Shown here: positions 57,779 to 64,000 of the stretch, in pieces
How positions within the stretch are numbered: the stretch's first letter is position 1
How the letters are laid out: each line of letters opens with the position of its first letter
Assembly: GCF_009914755.1 (NCBI RefSeq)
Contig: NC_060927.1
Direction: 5' to 3' (one strand)
Length of the DNA: 64,000 nucleotides
Origin: the human T2T-CHM13v2.0 reference genome, Homo sapiens
Program-made: the position numbers and the translations under genes
Notes under the pieces: generated by a model
Database searches by the model: none
Told to the model about the DNA's origin: nothing
What the model saw: the letters and a program-made list of their open reading frames with translations, nothing else

Positions 57779-58992
57779 TATCACCAAGCAGTGAGCACCA
57801 CTGGACCCCTTTCACTTGCTATTCTGTCCTATTTTTCCTTAGAATTCGGGGGCTAAATACCAGGCACCTGTCAGCCAGTTAAAAGCAACTAGCTCGGCCG
57901 CCAGACTAAAGACACGGGTGTCAGGCTTTCTGGGAAAGGGCTCTCTAACAACCCCGACTCTTCGGAGTTGGGCGCGTTGGTTTGCCTAGAACCATCTTCC
58001 GTTTTTCCTGTACTTCCACGCTGAGCCAAGGGTCGACACAGAGGAAAGCCATTAAGCTCCAGGGTCCCGACAACAAGTTGGTTGACCCTGTGGCCATCAG
58101 CAGAACTCTCAAAGTCATGTTGCCCAAGTGAGACTCGCCCATCTATCCTATCTATCCTGACCCTTGCCTCTGGGTCCTCAGGCAAACTTCTTCTCAGCTC
58201 TCTTCTCCGAGGCTAGCCCCCTTCTAAAAACAACTCCCTGTCTCTGGTGCTTTTCTAGTTTCTCCTATAAGAATGATTTCTAGTATAAACTCCAGGACTT
58301 GATTCCCTTCTTTAGGCACCAGGGCTCACCAATCAGAAAGACATAATTTTTGCCCAAAGCCCCGTCATAGTGGGGACTATCTGGATCTTTAGGATCCTTC
58401 CTCAGACTAACAGGCCTAATAAAAGCTATTCCTGAAGCTAGGATATGGGGAGCCTCGGAAATTATATACTTCCTATTCAAGTGAGGACAAAAGGCATCAC
58501 TCTTCCAACCCTGGAGATCGCTTCCCTCCCTCAGGGTATGGCCATCCACTTCATTTTTGGGGCATAACATCTTTATAGGACAGGGGTAAATTTCCAATAC
58601 TAACAGGAGAATGCTCAGGACTCTAACAGGTTTTCGAGAATGCGCTGGTAAGGGCCACTAAATCTGATTTTTCTCGGTCCTCTTTGTGGTCTAGGAGGAC
58701 AGGAAAGGGTGCAGGTTTTCAAGAATGAGTGCGTAATGACCACTAAATCCGACCTTCCTCAGTCCTCCTTGTGGTCTAGGAGGAAAACTACTGTTTCTGC
58801 TACTGCGTCGGTGAGCACAACTATTCTGATCAGCAGAGTCCAGGGACCACTGCGGGTTCTTGGGCAAGAGGTGTTTCTGCTGCTGCGTCAGAAGTGCAAC
58901 TATTCTGATCAGCAGTGTCCAGTGACCCTTGTGGGTTCTTGGGCAGGGGAAGAAACAAAGAAACCAAAACCACTGGCAGTTTTGTCTTTCAG

Positions 58993-60448
58993 ATGGGAAA
59001 CACTCAGGCATCAACAGGCTCACCCTTGAAATGCATCCTAAGCCATTGGGATCAATTTGACCCACAATCCCTGAAAAAGAGATGGCTCATTTTTTTGTGC
59101 ACTATGGCCTGGCCCCAGTATTCTCTCTCTGATGGGGAAAAATGGCCATCTGAGGGAAGTATAAATTATAACACTATCCTGCAGCTTGACCTTTTCTGTA
59201 AGAGGGAAGGCAAATGGAGTGAAATACCTTATGACCAAGCTTTATTTTCATTGAGCGAGAATACACAACTATGCAAAGCTTACAGTTTACATCCCACAGG
59301 AGGACTTCTCACCTTACCCCCATATCTTAGCCTCCCTATAACTCCCCTTCCTATTGATGATAAGCTTCCTCTAATCTCCCCCACCCAGATGGAAATAAGC
59401 AATGAAATCTCCAAAGGACCACAAAAACCCCCAGGCTATCGGTTATGTCCCCTTCAAGCTGTTGCAGGAGGGGAATTTGGCAACCCCGGTACATGTACCC
59501 TTCTCCCTCTCTGATTTAAAGCAGATCAAGGCAGACTTGGGGAAGTTTTCAGATGATTGTGATAGGTACATAGACGTCCTACAGGGTCTAGGGCAAACCT
59601 TTGATCTCACTTGGAGAGATGTCATGCTATTGTTAGATCAAACCCTAGCCTTTAATGAAAAGAATGTGGCTTTAGCTGCAGCCCGAGAGTTTGGAGATAC
59701 CTGGTATCTTAGTCAAGTAAATGATAGAATGACAGCTGAAGAAACGGACAAATTCCGTACTGGTCAGCAAACCACCCCCAGTATGGATCCCTACTGGGAT
59801 TTCGACTCAGATCATAAGGACTGGAGTTGCAAACGTCTGTTGACCTGTGTTCTAGAAGAATATGGAGAATTAGGAAAAAGCCCATGAATTATTCAATGAT
59901 GTCCACCATAACTCAGGGAAAGGAAGAAAATCCTTCTGCCTTCCTCGAGCAGCTATGGGAGGCCTTAAGAAAATAGACTTCCCTGTCATCTGACTCACTC
60001 ACGGGTCAATTGATCCTAAAAGATATGTTTATTACCCAATCAGCCGCAAATATCAGGAGAAAGCTCCAAAAGCAAGCCCTGGGCCCTGAACAAAATCTGG
60101 AGGCATTATTAAACCTGGCAACCCCGGTGTTCTATAATAGGGACCAAGAGGAACAGGCCCAAAAGGAAAAGTGAGATCAGAGAAAGGCTGCAGCCTTAGT
60201 CATGGCCCGCAGACAAACAAACCTTGGTGGTTCAGGGAGGACAGAAAATAGAGCAGGCCAATCACCTGGTAGGGCTTGTTATCAGTGCGGTTTGTAAGGA
60301 CACTTTAAAAAAGATCGTCCACCGAGAAACAAGCTGCCCCCTCGCCCATGACCACTATGCCTAGGCAATCACTGGAAGGTGCACTGCCCCAGACAGCAAA
60401 GGTTCTCTGGGCCAGAAGTCCCCAACCAGGATCAAACAACAGGACTGA
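58993..60448 (+). pseudogene. gag: HERV9 gag with frameshifts and stops
   Basis: MGNTQASTGSPLKCILSHWDQFDPQ (MA), VHVPFSLSDLKQIK (CA), MHR TQGKEENPSAFLEQL, broken zinc knuckle CYQCGL*GHFKKDR, ends CAGGACTGA. Confidence 0.93.
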
Positions 60449-60850
60449 GGGTGCCTGGGGCAAGCGCCAGCTCATGTCATCACCCTCACTGAGCCCTGGG
60501 TATGTTTAACCATTGAGGGCCAGGAAATTGACTTCCTCCTGGACACTGGCATGGCTTTCTCAGTGTTAATCTCCTGTCCCGGACAGCTGTCCTCAAGGTC
60601 CATTACTATCCAAGGAATCCTGGGACAGCCTATAACCAGGTATTTCTCCCACCTCCTCAGTTGTAATTGGGAGACTTTTCTACAGATAGTAAGTATGCTT
60701 ATCTAATCCTACATGCCCATGCTGCAAAATGGAAAGAACTTCTTCTGGGGGAACCCCCATTAAATATCACAAGGAAACCACGGAGTTATTGTACATAGTG
60801 CAAAAACCCAAGGAGGTGGCAGTCTTATACGCTGAAGCCATCAAAAGGGG
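60449..60850 (+). pseudogene. pol: HERV9 protease fused to RNase H remnant; RT and integrase missing
   Basis: FLLDTGMAFSVL, then at ~60680 a jump to TDSKYAYLILHAHAA...QKPKEVAVL. Confidence 0.88.
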
Positions 60851-61140
60851 AGGGAGAGGGGAGGGCCGCAGCATAAGTGGCTGGCAGAGGCAGGGAAAGA
60901 CCAGCAGAAAGGAAAGAGAGAAAGAGACAGAAAGTGAGAGACAGAGAGAGAGGAAGTGACAGAGACAAAGAGGGAGTCAGAAAGAAAAGAGAGGGAAGAG
61001 AGTGTGGGGGAAAGACAGAAAGAGAGAGACAGAGAGAGGAAAAGACAGACAGACAGAAAGTCAAAGAGAGAAGGAGAGAGGAAGAGACAGACAAAGAAGG
61101 AGTCAGAGAGAAAGAGAGATGGAAGTAGTAAAGAAAAAAC
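60850..61140. repeat. GA-rich low-complexity tract within HERV9
   Basis: Read directly from the sequence. Confidence 0.9.
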
Positions 61141-61699
61141 AGTGTATCCTATTCCTTTAAAAGCTAGGGTAAATTAAAACCTATAATTGATCATCGAAAG
61201 TCTTCTCCATGACCCTATAACACTCCAATACCACCTTGTTTTCAGTGTAAACAAAGGCATAGCTCGAAAGCACTGAGGCCCCTGACAACCTATAGCCTTC
61301 CTATCAAAAATCCCTAAACCCAGCAGGTTTCCTAACAGGGGATCAAAGTCTTAATTAATTACTATACAAAGGTCTGACCAGATCTAGGAGACACTCCCTT
61401 CAGGACAGGATGATAAATGGTTCCTCCTGGGTGATTAAGGGAAAAAGACACAATGGGTATTCAGTAAGTGATAAGGAAACTCTTGTAGAAGCACTTAGGA
61501 AAATTGCCTAATAATTGGTCAGCTCAAACATGCTAGCTGTTTCCATTCAGTCAAACCTTAAAGTACTCACAGAATCAGGAAGGAGCCATCTATACCAATT
61601 TTAAGTAATATGGACTGAATGAGGTTTTATTAATAGCAAAGAAAAATTAAAATCCAAAACTTACAAGGTTTTCAACAAAAGTAAAGTTTGCTAAAAGTT

Positions 61700-62290
61700 A
61701 ACAGTGTAACATGTATTATCCTACTACCACACACTCTCAAAGGATTTCTCGGACAGTTTGCAAGAAATAAAAAAATCTATCCTTACTCTACAATCCCAAA
61801 TAGACTCTTTGGCAACAGTGACGCTCCAAAACTGCTGAGGCCTAGACCTCCTCACTGCTGAGAAAGGAGGACTCTGCACCTTCTTAGGAGAAGAGTGTTG
61901 TTTTTACATTAACCAGTCAGGAATAGTACGAGATGCCACCCAGGGTTTACAGGAAAAGGCTTCTGAAATCAGACAGTGCCTTTCAAACTCTTATACCAAC
62001 CTCTGGAGTTGGGTGACGTGGTTTCTCCCCTTTCTAGATCCCGTGACAGCCATCTTACTACTACTCGCCTTCAGGCCCTGTATTTTTAACCTCGTTGTCA
62101 AATGTGTTTCCTCTAGGATCAATGCCATCAAGCTACAGATGGAACCCCAAATGACCTCAACTAACAACTTCTACCGAGGACCCCTGGACTGACCCGCTGA
62201 CCCTCTGACTGGCCTAAAGAGTTCTCCTCTGGAGGACACTACAACTGCAGGGCCCCTTCTTCACCCCTATCCAGCAGGAAGTAGCTAGCG
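61700..62290 (+). pseudogene. env: HERV9 env TM remnant
   Basis: [49 protein letters not shown]: immunosuppressive domain (with a stop) and CX6CC. Confidence 0.92.
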
Positions 62291-62338
62291 CAGACATCGC
62301 CCAATTCCCAACAGCAGTTGGGGTGTCCTGTTTAGAGT

Positions 62339-62829
62339 GGGGCTTCTGGGTCAGGTGGGGACTTGGATAACTTTTGTGTCTAGCTAAAGGATAATAAATG
62401 CACCAATCAGCACTCTGTAAAATGGACCAATCAGCACTCTGCAAAATAGACCCATCAGCAGGATGTGGGCAGGGCCAAATAAGGGAATACAAGCTGGCCA
62501 CCCGAGCCAGCAGCGACAACCCGCTCGGGTCCCCTTCCACACTGTGGAAGCTTTGTTCTTTTACTTTTCACAATAAATCTTGCTGCTGCTCACTCTTTGG
62601 GTCCACACACCTTTAAGAGCTGTAACACTCACTGCAAAGGTCTGCGGCTTCACTCCTGAAGTCAGCAAGACCAGGAAGGAAGAAACTCCGGACACATTTG
62701 AACATCTGAAGGAGCAAACTCCTGACACACCATCTTTAAGAACTATAACACTCCCCGCGAGGGTCCACAGCTTCATTCTTGAAGTCAGCGAGACCAAGAA
62801 CCCACCAGAAGAAACCAATTCTGGACACA
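62339..62829 (+). mobile_element. 3' LTR12F, missing its first ~18 bp
   Basis: Homologous to the 5' LTR from gggcttctgg onward; ends ctggacaca. Confidence 0.9.
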
Positions 62830-63288
62830 ACATGATATTATTTAAGTGTCCCAAATGCGTAACCTAAATACAGCCATGAGGAAACGTCAAAAGCACACAA
62901 ATTAAAGAACAGTCTTCTAAATAACTACCTCATATTTTTTCAAAAATATCAAAAGTAGAATAGCAAAAGACTTACAAACAGATCTAAACTAAAGGAAACT
63001 GAAGAGACAATGCAACCAAATGCAATGTTTGGTCCCAAATTAGATCTTGGCAAGATAAATATATCTATAAAGTATATTATTAGGAAACTGTATGATCTTA
63101 GACAGTAGTATTGTATCTTTGAATTTTATAATTTTCATAATTGTAATCTGGCTGAGATTCTTTTTTTAGGAAATACTGAATAATTTGGAGTATAGAAATG
63201 ATATTTGTGTTTTATTTTCAAAATGTTTATAATATATTGTAGAGAGTGAAAAATCAAATATTACAAATTATTAAAAATTGGCAGATCT

Positions 63289-63651
<363 letters not shown>

Positions 63652-63705
63652 CTAGAAAAATTTTTGGTGAGCTTAAAATTATATCAATTACAACTAATCT
63701 CATGA

Positions 63706-64000
63706 TAAAAAGATCCTCAGAGACTATTATGAACACCTCTTGGCATACAAACTAGGAAATCTAGAGGAAATGGATAAATTCCTGGAAACATACAACCTCC
63801 CAAGATTGAATCAGGAAAAAATTAAAACCCTTAACAGACAAATAATGAGTTCCAAAACAAATCAGTAATAAAAAACTTACCAACCAAAATAAGCCCTAGA
63901 CTAGATGGATTCACAGCTGAATTCTACCACATAAAGAGGTACTAAGAGAAGGTGGTACCAATCCTGCTGAAATTATGCCAAAAAAGTGAGGAGGAGGGAC
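63706..64000 (+). mobile_element. L1 (old L1PA/L1PB) ORF2 fragment running off the window
   Basis: RDYYEHL...[20 protein letters not shown]...DGFTAEFY. Confidence 0.9.

Larger units (their letters stand above)
57173..62829 (+). mobile_element. HERV9 (ERV9) defective provirus with LTR12F-type LTRs
   Basis: TG...CA outer ends, 4-bp TSD ACAT (57169-72, 62830-33), PBS-Arg, gag/pro/RNaseH/env-TM remnants. Confidence 0.95.

Noticed and set aside
58627-58950. Two pairs of ~80-bp tandem repeats upstream of gag
   Set aside because: As I recall these are a standard part of the ERV9/HERV-W-type leader, so they are not locus-specific.
58915-59887. 199-aa and 161-aa ORFs as a functional or domesticated Gag
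   Set aside because: They are frameshift-separated pieces of HERV9 gag with further stops and a broken zinc knuckle.
60825-61177. R/E/K-rich ORFs
   Set aside because: Products of the GA-rich simple sequence inside HERV9.
61700-62290. Syncytin-like env gene
   Set aside because: There is a stop codon in the immunosuppressive domain, SU is largely absent and there is no long ORF.

Overview
AT-rich primate (human-like: AluY, AluS, L1PA, LTR12, LTR22, THE1) non-coding DNA with no recognisable host protein-coding exon, RNA gene or CpG island. The window is mostly layered transposable elements: about 8 Alus, L1PA/L1M/L2/MIR fragments, DNA-transposon fossils, many solo LTRs and four ERV relics. The relics are (1) an ancient ERVL-type pro-pol relic between two related LTRs (~21.3-26.6 kb, minus), (2) a 7.3-kb LTR8/HUERS-P1-type element (29.7-37.0 kb, minus), (3) an ERVL-like LTR+gag fragment (~52.5-54.8 kb) and (4) an RT-deleted HERV9/LTR12F provirus with a 4-bp TSD (57173-62829, plus). 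The most notable signal is that the LTR8 element is not a normal provirus. It has the architecture of the viral RNA (R-U5...U3-R-polyA), consistent with L1-mediated retroposition as described for HERV-W. Also notable are three locally templated duplications (one inverted) at deletion or truncation junctions, several perfect short tandem duplications, and a 101-bp collapsed LTR22 with both termini and a TSD. Family names come from recalled consensus sequences, not from a database search. Boundaries without a TSD are approximate.
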